A stretch of 64,000 nucleotides of DNA, taken from Methanobacteriota archaeon. GTDB lineage: Archaea > Thermoplasmatota > Poseidoniia > Poseidoniales > Poseidoniaceae. Positions 51,079-59,668 of the stretch are shown in pieces. The stretch is from the NCBI GenBank assembly GCA_018650165.1, contig JABIGM010000041.1:1-64000 (forward strand). Reading direction: 5' to 3'. Made by a program: the position numbers and the translations under genes. The notes beneath the pieces were generated by a model. That model worked only from the letters and a program-made list of their open reading frames with translations. It did no database searches and had not been told where the DNA came from. Each line of letters starts with the position of its first letter. The first letter of the stretch is position 1.

Positions 51079-52763
51079 CTGTCAGAAATATTCAGACGAG
51101 CGAGTAGTTCATCTACTCCGTCGATTTTATTTCTCATAGATGCAATTCTGTCAGATGCATCGGCCACTGATTCGGCGAGTTGAATGTCTTCATCAATATC
51201 TTGTGGTTCACCCTTTGGCTTGAATTGTTGTGCAAGCCTCTTCAGATCTGCTATAATCGAATCGACTTCAGTATCTGAAACTTTTATTCCAGGGGCGATT
51301 CTCGGAATTTCAGAAGGTGAAATGTGTCCTAGTTCCGCTCCAATTATACCAGCTGCAGCCACAACTCTTGGTCGTAGTTCAGCATTATTTACATCGTAAC
51401 CCTTCTTTTCAAGGAATCTGATTACCAATGTTTGTTGAGCGTCATTGTATGATCCTTCAGATTTTTCAAGAATGGCTTCAACCAATTGCTCAAATCCTTC
51501 GATATTTCGTTCTAGTCGGTCCAAGGTTCTTCTTTCACTAGATTGTAGGTGTATCGCACCATGCTGTAGTAGTCGGACAACTCTTGTTCTTCGAGCAGTA
51601 CGAGGATCTGTTGCCGCAATTTCTTCATCAAGTGAAATTTGTAAATCAAATAATGCATGCAATCTTCCTGAAACAGAAGGCAAGCGCAAGTCAAGGTTCA
51701 ATTCTCTAGCCTTTTCTTCAAATGCCATACGTGCTTTAATCATATCACCGCTGGTAGAAGTAATCATCTCAGGTAATATTTCCCTTAATGTGCCACGAGC
51801 CTCTTCGAAACGGCGTAGTGCTTCTCTCTCGCGCCATGAATTAGGCAGGGTATGCATTGCATCCTTTTCCGCCTTCGCAATCGAATCCAAAGAGTACAGC
51901 CTGGCTTTTACAAAATCAGCGGCATTTTCGTCATTTACTGGCAGTCCATGTTCGGATAGGCTAGAAATAAATGCGTTGACGTCATCAGTATCATTTATTG
52001 AACCTACCAAGAGATAATCTCGGCATAGTGCGTCTATTTCAGCAATCCGTCCTTCGATTACAATTACGGATTCTGTTAGTTCAACTACAGGAGATTCTGG
52101 AACTATTTCTGGCATTGGTGAAGGCGAAATCTCAATAATTTGCACTTCCTCATTTTCGTGAGTGTCTTCAACGACCTCTACCTCTGTAACATGTGCGCTC
52201 TCTTCAATTGCAACAACTACTTGGGGCTGAATCTTAGTTTCATTGGCAGATTCATATTCATCCGAGGGTGAAGGAATTTGGATTGCTTTTGGCTCTCCAC
52301 GTGGGCGACGCAGACTCTTTTTTATTACTCCCCATGAACCATTTTGGGAGGTTAGAACTCCTGCAACCCTCATCAGTAGAGCCTGTTTTGCTCCAGAGCG
52401 GGGTAAATCTAGTTTCAAACAAAGGTTATGCAAATCATCTCTGGACAATGTATCCAGTTTTTCGGGAGTTAGTTGTTTGGCATCATGATTCAAGTGTAAG
52501 AAAAGTCGCTGTCTTCTTTCTCTAATCGAACCCGATTTCTTTACTCCAAAAACCGCAAGTACGCCACCCAAATCATTATTCAGAATAGATTCTATTCCTT
52601 CAGGAGATAAATCCCATTCATCTAATACAAGGTCTGCAATAAGTCTAGCGCGCAAAACCTCGACAGAACCATTGCGTGAAAGTCCATGCTCTGCACAGAT
52701 CTCTTTCAAGCGATCTAATCTGGCTTGATGTAGATCAGAAAGAAGGGTTTGCTTATCGTTCAT
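51075..52763 (-). CDS. Protein with three tandem N-terminal SAP-like domains and a helical C-terminal region
   Basis: LKEICAEHGLSRNGSVEVLRARL, LGGVLAVFGVKKSGSIRERRQRL and LHNLCLKLDLPRSGAKQALLMRV each fit SAP L+..c...gL..sG.K..L..RL. Confidence 0.75.
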   Translation of the reverse strand: MNDKQTLLSDLHQARLDRLKEICAEHGLSRNGSVEVLRARLIADLVLDEWDLSPEGIESILNNDLGGVLAVFGVKKSGSIRERRQRLFLHLNHDAKQLTPEKLDTLSRDDLHNLCLKLDLPRSGAKQALLMRVAGVLTSQNGSWGVIKKSLRRPRGEPKAIQIPSPSDEYESANETKIQPQVVVAIEESAHVTEVEVVEDTHENEEVQIIEISPSPMPEIVPESPVVELTESVIVIEGRIAEIDALCRDYLLVGSINDTDDVNAFISSLSEHGLPVNDENAADFVKARLYSLDSIAKAEKDAMHTLPNSWREREALRRFEEARGTLREILPEMITSTSGDMIKARMAFEEKARELNLDLRLPSVSGRLHALFDLQISLDEEIAATDPRTARRTRVVRLLQHGAIHLQSSERRTLDRLERNIEGFEQLVEAILEKSEGSYNDAQQTLVIRFLEKKGYDVNNAELRPRVVAAAGIIGAELGHISPSEIPRIAPGIKVSDTEVDSIIADLKRLAQQFKPKGEPQDIDEDIQLAESVADASDRIASMRNKIDGVDELLARLNISDS

Positions 52764-52799
52764 TTGTATACCTACAGTCTCCCTCCATCCCTCTCCATA

Positions 52800-52886
52800 T
52801 TTGAGGTTGCACCCCTATGGATACCTCGAGAAGGGCATTCTTTGAGGTTATTTTTCTTCTCAAGGCCCCTACGGGGCCAAGAAAAA
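52800..52886. other. Structured intergenic element (two adjacent hairpins plus a 9-bp direct repeat)
   Basis: GGCCCC-TAC-GGGGCC 52864-78, extended by TTTTTCTT/AAGAAAAA; ACCTC..GAGGT hairpin 52823-48; TTTGAGGTT at 52800 and 52841. Confidence 0.4.
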
Positions 52887-52950
52887 CTTACTACAACTGT
52901 CGGCAACATCTTCAAACCATTGCCACACCAACAGTAAATGAGGACGGACT

Positions 52951-53583
52951 ATGGGGCGATATGAACGGGCTGCTAAAATATCGCTAAAGGAGGCAACTGC
53001 TCTTGCTTCTGGAGTTATTGACACAATAAGGTATGACCTACGAAGAGAAGAAGTACGTCTCGAGGAAGAGATGAGCGACAGAGTGGAGGCAGTCCAACAA
53101 ATTTTGAATGAAGTCGCAAGTATTCAAGATGCTATTATTGCAGGATCATCGGAAGTGAAAAGAGAATTGGAAAAAGCCAAGAAAAGACTGGTTAAAGGCG
53201 GCGATCGTGAACTAATGTCTACCCAAATCATTGGCGCAGCCACTCGTTTAGGCGAACTCCGTGCACTTCATAATGATGCGGCAAGACGCATTCAAGGTGC
53301 TCTTGCTAGACCTCCATCTGCAGTTGATATTATTGAGAGACTAACAAAAGATTTACTCAAATTATCAGGTTCTTGGGAATCATCTGCAAGAGAAATAGAT
53401 GAATCTATTTCGGATGTAGTAGATGCCAATGCACCACTCGAGATGATTGAATTATCTCGGGAGCTAAACGACAACGGATATGATTTAATCTTGGCAGGCG
53501 AAAATAGAGATCCTGAAAATATTGAAAAATGCCGAACTAGAATCAAAGAAATGTCCGGTGAAGATCACCCAGGACTCTCTTAA
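52951..53583 (+). CDS. Hypothetical all-helical/coiled-coil protein
   Basis: 210-aa charged helical ORF filling the gap; stop overlaps the convergent gene by 4 nt. Confidence 0.7.
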   Translation: MGRYERAAKISLKEATALASGVIDTIRYDLRREEVRLEEEMSDRVEAVQQILNEVASIQDAIIAGSSEVKRELEKAKKRLVKGGDRELMSTQIIGAATRLGELRALHNDAARRIQGALARPPSAVDIIERLTKDLLKLSGSWESSAREIDESISDVVDANAPLEMIELSRELNDNGYDLILAGENRDPENIEKCRTRIKEMSGEDHPGLS

Positions 53584-54707
53584 TCATCTTCTTTAATCAG
53601 AGGCGAGTATATTCTATCTTCAGAAAGACGTCCTTTGGAAACCAGTTCATCAATGTAAATATCCATCAATTCTTTCATCCTTCCACGCGTTTCTTCCTCA
53701 GGGGTACCACGCATAATATCCAATATACTATTCCAATTATTGAGCACAGTTAGAGTTGCTGAATGGCTTTCAGCAGGCGGGAATACCTTCTCTACTCCCG
53801 CAGTAACAGTTCCATCTTTGTTAACGGTTTCAAGGGCGATGTCAATTCGTGTTTTACTACTCTTAATCTCATCTTTGTCCGTAACCATGCCACGATTGGC
53901 TAAATCATCTCCAGTTCTATGTGCTTCACGAAGAATGGTCCCAACCTTTCTTTGTTCAACCATCAATGCGACTTTATGGTGCATGTCCTCGTCGATATTA
54001 TCCAGAATCATCATTTCAAGACGTAGAGAGAATGCAGCACCGACATCTGTGATTTCAGCTAAACCACCCACTGGGAAATCTTGTCTAGAGATTAATACTG
54101 TGAATCCGTCGAGCGGAACTGGGATAAAACGAGACCTCTCAGGATTTTCCCGTTGCATTCCTAAGGTGTGCCTCCTCGTTCTGAATGGTAATGAGGCATG
54201 TAGTGCACGAGGAATTATGTATCCATCTATTGATGAATTCTGCCTTAGCTCTTCAAGCCAAAGAGTTCTTTCAAACACACCTTCAGGCGCATCCCCAAAT
54301 TCATTGGGTAGGGACACTTGTATGTCTTTGCGTAGTCTAATCATTTGCCGACGAACAATCTCACAATCTGCGATTATGATTCCACCCTTTGGAATATATT
54401 CAGGTTTATCTTCACTCACAAGTACCCGTGTCGGTTCACGACGCGGTAGAACAACCGATGCAACAAGGTCACTACTTCGGTTTTCAAACCACCATCTTCC
54501 AGATGCTGCAACCATATCTCCATGCCCTTCACGAAGTAGCTGAATTGCAGTTTCTAGATGCGGAACTTGCTTTTCAACCAAAACTAAACCATCTGGATGA
54601 TTGTCAATCAATTTTTGGACATGTGTGTGAACACCGTCCCCTAATTCGGGGCATAAAAGGATCTCAAATCGGCCCTCTTCAGTAATTGCATTCACCTCGG
54701 CTAGCAC
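53580..54707 (-). CDS. Porphobilinogen deaminase (HemC)-like protein, apparently catalytically inactive
   Basis: LLREGHGDMVAAS, LPRREPTRVLVS, GGIIIAD...RRQMIRLRKDI and RFIPVP follow the HemC layout, but the HSxKD Asp and the cofactor Cys are absent. Confidence 0.7.
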   Translation of the reverse strand: MLAEVNAITEEGRFEILLCPELGDGVHTHVQKLIDNHPDGLVLVEKQVPHLETAIQLLREGHGDMVAASGRWWFENRSSDLVASVVLPRREPTRVLVSEDKPEYIPKGGIIIADCEIVRRQMIRLRKDIQVSLPNEFGDAPEGVFERTLWLEELRQNSSIDGYIIPRALHASLPFRTRRHTLGMQRENPERSRFIPVPLDGFTVLISRQDFPVGGLAEITDVGAAFSLRLEMMILDNIDEDMHHKVALMVEQRKVGTILREAHRTGDDLANRGMVTDKDEIKSSKTRIDIALETVNKDGTVTAGVEKVFPPAESHSATLTVLNNWNSILDIMRGTPEEETRGRMKELMDIYIDELVSKGRLSEDRIYSPLIKEDD

Positions 54708-54767
54708 TTGCCAGCGCTCAAAGGGCGCCCGCCACTCGTTAAGAAGGCGACCCCTGTGGGATGATTC

Positions 54768-55742
54768 ATGGAGGACAATGCGATACTTGACCGTCTTGAA
54801 GAGATTCGAGACTTTGTCAATGCCAATTTAGAAACTCTAATCGAGGAGAAGATTGCTTTTTATGGCGAAGTTGCTAATGTTGCTGGACAGGTTGTTTTGG
54901 CAGGCGGTAAGCGTATTCGTCCAATTTTAATTATTCTCGCCTATGAATTGGCAGGAGGGGAAAATATTGATGAAATCATACCATTAGCACTATCTTCAGA
55001 ACTAATTCATTCAGCAAGTTTGGTTCATGATGATATTAATGATGAATCATTGACCCGCAGAGGAAAGGAGACCATTCATGCCACAATGGGCCAGGCAAAG
55101 GCGATAATCGCAGGAGATTGGTTATTCACCCAAGGTTTCGGTCTTGGTGGCAGGTATGCAGAAGATGTGGTTGATGTTATGGCACACTATTGTTCACAAT
55201 TAGCGAGTGCAGAATTTACTCAAATAGACCACGTACTAGACCTATCTACTTCTCCTGAAGATTATCTTGAAATTGTAAAAGGAAAAACGGCAGGTCCATT
55301 TGCAGCTGGCTGCAAAGGGTCTGCTTTAATTGCTAAAGCTACAGAACATCAATGTGCTCAATTATTGGAATTTGGTACGGAACTCGGAATCGCTTTCCAA
55401 TTGGTTGATGACTTACTGGATATTCTTGGTGATGACAGAATGGGTAAAACCCGTGGTGCTGATATCTTCGAAGGAAAAATGACATTGCCTCTAATCCACG
55501 CATTAACTCTTCTTCATGGCCAAGAGCGAATTAGATTAGCAGAAATTATTACCAATTTCGACGACTCATTATTTGATGAATTAATCTCCTTGCTTCGAAG
55601 TGCTGAAAGTTTGATTTATTCTGAAATCTTAATTAAAAACCATTTGGAACGTGCCTTAGGTTATTTAGATGGTTTTGCAGAATGCGACGCAAAGCAATTG
55701 CTTAAACATGTAGTTACAATGGTTCATAATCGTCACTCGTGA
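54768..55742 (+). CDS. Trans-isoprenyl (polyprenyl) diphosphate synthase
   Basis: GGKRIRP, HSASLVHDDINDES..RRG (FARM), GKTA, FQLVDDLLD (SARM), GK..GADIFEGKMTLP. Confidence 0.93.
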   Translation: MEDNAILDRLEEIRDFVNANLETLIEEKIAFYGEVANVAGQVVLAGGKRIRPILIILAYELAGGENIDEIIPLALSSELIHSASLVHDDINDESLTRRGKETIHATMGQAKAIIAGDWLFTQGFGLGGRYAEDVVDVMAHYCSQLASAEFTQIDHVLDLSTSPEDYLEIVKGKTAGPFAAGCKGSALIAKATEHQCAQLLEFGTELGIAFQLVDDLLDILGDDRMGKTRGADIFEGKMTLPLIHALTLLHGQERIRLAEIITNFDDSLFDELISLLRSAESLIYSEILIKNHLERALGYLDGFAECDAKQLLKHVVTMVHNRHS

Positions 55743-55751
55743 GGTGTTCAC

Positions 55752-56852
55752 TTGACAAAGAAATATGACCGAGACGTAATTGTTATCGGAGGCGGTCCCG
55801 CTGGAAGTACAGTCGCTCGCTATGCTGCGATTGGAGGCGCAAATGTTCTGGTAATCGATGGAAGAGACCCTATTGGAACACCACTACAATGCGGAGAATT
55901 GGTTCCTAGTAATGATGAAATGAGACGTCTATGCCCTGGTGTGCCAGATATGGATGATCTATTCAGAACTCCCGAATCGGCAATTTCTAGGCATTCAAAG
56001 CATATGCATCTTGTTCCCCCATCAGGTAAGCCACTAAAGTTCGATTTCGATGGTTATGTCTTGAATCGTGTAGCGCATGATGAATTCTTGGTTGAATTAG
56101 CGAAAGAATCAGGGGCAGAATTCCTAATAAATTCGAGAGTCGATAAGGTGGATGGGCAGCGAGTCGTGTTGCGAAACGGTGACTCCTACAGTGCTAAAAT
56201 TATTGTAGATGCAGGAGGTCATAATGGCCCAATAAGACGTGATTATTGGAATGAGAAATCTACAAAAATTCCTGTAAAATTCGTTCTGATGGATGGTGAT
56301 TTTGGAGAAGCAGTAGAACTTCACTTTGGTTCAATGGCCCCCGGTGGTTATGCCTGGATGTTCCCCAAAGAGAAGGGCGCAAACATTGGCCTCGGAATAC
56401 AACGTAATTTTGCTAAGGGGCGCAGTCTTAACCAGTGCACTGAACAATTTATTTCAAAATATAATGGAGAAGTTACATTCAATGGAGCCGGCTCATTACC
56501 AATGTCTGGCACAATTAAGAAATTTGTAAAAGGCAATTACATGTTGGTTGGAGATTCTGCTGGAATGGTTCTACCTTCGAATGGCGCAGGTATTACAATT
56601 GCAATGATAGGTGGAAGAATCGCTGGCCAAGTAATCACTGAGAATTTATCGTCGGGCGTTCCTTTAGAAGAATATGAGTTACGTTGGAAAAAGCAAATGG
56701 GTAAAGTGATGAGTAATTCCAAACGTTCTTTCAAACTTGGAAGCCTACTATTTAGATTGCCAGATTGGATTCTAAATTTGATGTTTAATCGATTGACAAA
56801 AGGAATAATTTGGCGAGCGGTTACTTGTCGTAGGATGTTTTGGATATTCTAG
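55752..56852 (+). CDS. Geranylgeranyl reductase family flavoprotein (DGGGPL reductase-like)
   Basis: VIGGGPAGS, CGE, PGGYAWMFP (PxxYxWxFP), LVGDSAG...NGAGI..A. Confidence 0.92.
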   Translation: MTKKYDRDVIVIGGGPAGSTVARYAAIGGANVLVIDGRDPIGTPLQCGELVPSNDEMRRLCPGVPDMDDLFRTPESAISRHSKHMHLVPPSGKPLKFDFDGYVLNRVAHDEFLVELAKESGAEFLINSRVDKVDGQRVVLRNGDSYSAKIIVDAGGHNGPIRRDYWNEKSTKIPVKFVLMDGDFGEAVELHFGSMAPGGYAWMFPKEKGANIGLGIQRNFAKGRSLNQCTEQFISKYNGEVTFNGAGSLPMSGTIKKFVKGNYMLVGDSAGMVLPSNGAGITIAMIGGRIAGQVITENLSSGVPLEEYELRWKKQMGKVMSNSKRSFKLGSLLFRLPDWILNLMFNRLTKGIIWRAVTCRRMFWIF

Positions 56853-56934
56853 GTTCAATCAATACGTTAGAGATTGGAAGGATTGACCGGTAAATAAGCG
56901 GTTGATTCAAGTGGCTTACATGCGAGGGGGTTCC

Positions 56935-57417
56935 ATGCAGCGAGATGATGATGCGGTTAGCCCGGTCATCGCAACCGTATTGCTACTTGCAATTACTGTT
57001 CTACTTTCAAGCATGGTTTTCGTGATGATGGCTTCGACATTAGACAATGTTGAGAAGGCAGCACCAAAGGGTTCAGTCTCGGTTAGAGCACTCTCTAACG
57101 GCTACCATGTAGTATCAATTACAAGCCTTGACCAATCGCTTGACCCTTCTAAGGTTCAATGGTCGATTGTCAATCTAACCGATGAGAGTGTTACCGAACA
57201 TACAGGATTTGTTGATGATTCAGAGGTATATGGTACGGTTGGTGCCAACATTTCATTCCACGATAGAGATGCGGGTTGGTCACTAACCAAAGGCGACTAT
57301 TTCGTTATTAATTGTCAATTAATTGATTGTAATAGTGGAAATCATTACTTCCAACTTGTAGACACTGGAAGTAATACCTTGATGGCTAAAATCAGGCTTC
57401 CTGCAATTGATGCCTAA
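56935..57417 (+). CDS. Archaeal type IV pilin (class III signal peptide)
   Basis: MQRDDDA/VSPVIATVLLLAITVLLSSMVFV matches the archaeal pilin N-terminal motif AVSPVIxxxLxxAITV. Confidence 0.9.
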   Translation: MQRDDDAVSPVIATVLLLAITVLLSSMVFVMMASTLDNVEKAAPKGSVSVRALSNGYHVVSITSLDQSLDPSKVQWSIVNLTDESVTEHTGFVDDSEVYGTVGANISFHDRDAGWSLTKGDYFVINCQLIDCNSGNHYFQLVDTGSNTLMAKIRLPAIDA

Positions 57418-58385
57418 CCACCAATAAAGGACATCTCGACCTTTTTATGTTCGGCACTTCCACGGTTTTGTGAATATGCATCATCTCTTTTTGTCCAGAT
57501 TGATCTAACAGCATCAGCAATCTGTTCTTTTGTTGCATCCATACGGATGAGAGCTTTCAAATCACTACCGCTTGAAGCAAACAAACAGGTGTACAGAGCC
57601 CCATCGGCAGAAATACGTGCACGGTTACATTCTCCGCAGAAGGGCTTTGATACACTTTCAATAAATCCTATTTCCTGACTTCCACGAAGGAATCGATTAG
57701 CAACTTCCCCAGTATGGTTGGCTTTTAGCGGTTTGAGTTCATCAAACATTTGCTGCATCATTTCACCAGTAATTACTTCATCGAGATTCCAAGAATTAGT
57801 TTGACCTACATCCATGAACTCAATATATCTAACAATCACATCACTTCCAATAAATCGGTCGGCGACCATCTTTACTGAATGTTCATTATATCCGGCCCGA
57901 ATTACTGTGTTTACCTTTACTTCAAGTCCGGCCTTACGTGCAGCCTCTATTCCCCGCAATACCGTTTCAGGCACCTCATCAGTATCCCCCATTGCTTGGA
58001 ATGTTTCAACATCGATAGCATCCAAAGAAACAGTAACTCGATCAAGCCCGGAGTTTGCTAAATCTTGAGAAAATTTTTCTAGTAATATTCCATTAGTAGT
58101 CATTGCCAAGTCTAGTTCTTGTGGAAGCATTTTGATGAATTTACAGATGTCCTTTCTCAACAACGGCTCGCCCCCAGTCAAACGGACTTTTGAAAGTCCC
58201 AGAGGGATTAGAGATTCTACAACAGTTGCTAATTCTTCATATGAAAGAATTTCTTTCTTGGCTAAGAACTCATGGTTAGTATCAAAATGTTCCCTTGGCA
58301 TACAATATCTACATCGCATATTGCATCTGTCGGTCAGAGATATTCTCAAGTCCCGTAACGGCCGGTTACGCATATCTCTGACCAT
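57414..58385 (-). CDS. moaA: GTP 3',8-cyclase (molybdenum cofactor biosynthesis, radical SAM)
   Basis: RPLRDLRISLTDRCNMRCRYCMP, VRLTGGEPLLR, RYIEFM, FCGECNRARISADG, C-terminal MSFIGG. Confidence 0.96.
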   Translation of the reverse strand: MVRDMRNRPLRDLRISLTDRCNMRCRYCMPREHFDTNHEFLAKKEILSYEELATVVESLIPLGLSKVRLTGGEPLLRKDICKFIKMLPQELDLAMTTNGILLEKFSQDLANSGLDRVTVSLDAIDVETFQAMGDTDEVPETVLRGIEAARKAGLEVKVNTVIRAGYNEHSVKMVADRFIGSDVIVRYIEFMDVGQTNSWNLDEVITGEMMQQMFDELKPLKANHTGEVANRFLRGSQEIGFIESVSKPFCGECNRARISADGALYTCLFASSGSDLKALIRMDATKEQIADAVRSIWTKRDDAYSQNRGSAEHKKVEMSFIGG

Positions 58386-58462
58386 ATTTCTCGCTGTTGC
58401 AAACCCGCACTTCAACATGTGCCTTGGATGACTTCATGTTCCAGCACCATCTCGCCCTCGCA

Positions 58463-59668
58463 ATGGGGGTTGCTAAAGACGATGCTCCAACCATTGGAGT
58501 GGAAGGCACAGATGTTCTTGTCATCGAGCCTAGTACCCTTTCTGGTGCACTAAAATTACCGCCTTCAAAGAGCCATGCCATGAGGTGGATCACACTCGCA
58601 AGTATGGATAAAACTCCAACTCGAATCGGCATGTGGGAAACCGGAAGAGATGTAAAATCCCTAATCGATTCATTCAGTAAACTTGGAATCTCCTGGAATG
58701 GGGATTCAATAGTGGGTGGAAACCTTACTATTCCAAAAGAAGTATTGGATTGTGGCAATAGTGGAACCGCTCTTCGTTTCATGATAGCTCAAGCATCTAC
58801 TTGTGGATTTGAAATAACAATTGATGGCGATGCAAGCCTTCGTGCAAGGAGTTCCTTACATCTAATTGAATCGCTCGGTGTATCATGTCAAAAAGCATCT
58901 ACTGATTGTGAATATCCGCTTACAGTTGTAGGCCCATTTGCTAAACTAGTCGTTGGGATAGATGTTGCAAAAACATCTCAATTTCATTCAGCAATACTGC
59001 TTATGGCACCTCGAACTAGTGGATTTGAAATTATCACTGAAGGGGATGCGGTTTCGCGCCAACACTCAGCATTGACCTGGCGGCTATGTCAGCAGACAGG
59101 TGCGATAGTGCCAGGGGCTCCTTGGATAGTAAATTGTCCTGATGTCGAGATTCCCCCTGATGCATCGATGATGGCATTTGCTAAGCTAGCAAACTTAGAT
59201 GTGTCAAATCCTCCATCAGTCTCGGAATCCATTGGTCATTCATTAGAAAAAAGTGATCTCCGTGATTCAAACGACTTGATAACGCCAATGGCAGCATGGC
59301 TTTCAATGGCAGAGGGAGGGGTAATCTCTCATGCCGCTCATGCTGCTCACAAAGAATCAAACCGAATTACAAAGACTGTTGAAATGCTTTCAAAATTCGG
59401 CATTGTAGCATCGGTTAACTCTGATGGAATTACAATTTCAGGTGGGCAGGTGCCACATAAGCCCAAAGAAATGGTAGAAACATATGGAGACCATCGTATT
59501 CAGATGACTGCGATAGTATTGGCTAGTATTTGTGGTGGAACTATTGAAGGATGTAATCTGCACGAAATCGCTTGGCCATCATATCTCAAACAATTACAGG
59601 ACTGCGGCCTCAAAGTTACTCTGCAACCATTCATCCATGACGGCCAAAGTGATGGTCGAGCGCATTGA
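58463..59668 (+). CDS. aroA: 3-phosphoshikimate 1-carboxyvinyltransferase (EPSP synthase), divergent
   Basis: LPPSKSHAMR, DCGNSGTALRF, SQFHSAILL, KESNRI, TYGDHRIQM. Start uncertain. Confidence 0.88.
   Translation: MGVAKDDAPTIGVEGTDVLVIEPSTLSGALKLPPSKSHAMRWITLASMDKTPTRIGMWETGRDVKSLIDSFSKLGISWNGDSIVGGNLTIPKEVLDCGNSGTALRFMIAQASTCGFEITIDGDASLRARSSLHLIESLGVSCQKASTDCEYPLTVVGPFAKLVVGIDVAKTSQFHSAILLMAPRTSGFEIITEGDAVSRQHSALTWRLCQQTGAIVPGAPWIVNCPDVEIPPDASMMAFAKLANLDVSNPPSVSESIGHSLEKSDLRDSNDLITPMAAWLSMAEGGVISHAAHAAHKESNRITKTVEMLSKFGIVASVNSDGITISGGQVPHKPKEMVETYGDHRIQMTAIVLASICGGTIEGCNLHEIAWPSYLKQLQDCGLKVTLQPFIHDGQSDGRAH

Noticed and set aside
54714-54728. GCGCTC-AAA-GGGCGC mini-hairpin between the hemC-like and prenyl synthase genes
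   Set aside because: A 6-bp stem with a G-T pair is too short to distinguish from chance in a GC-rich promoter gap.
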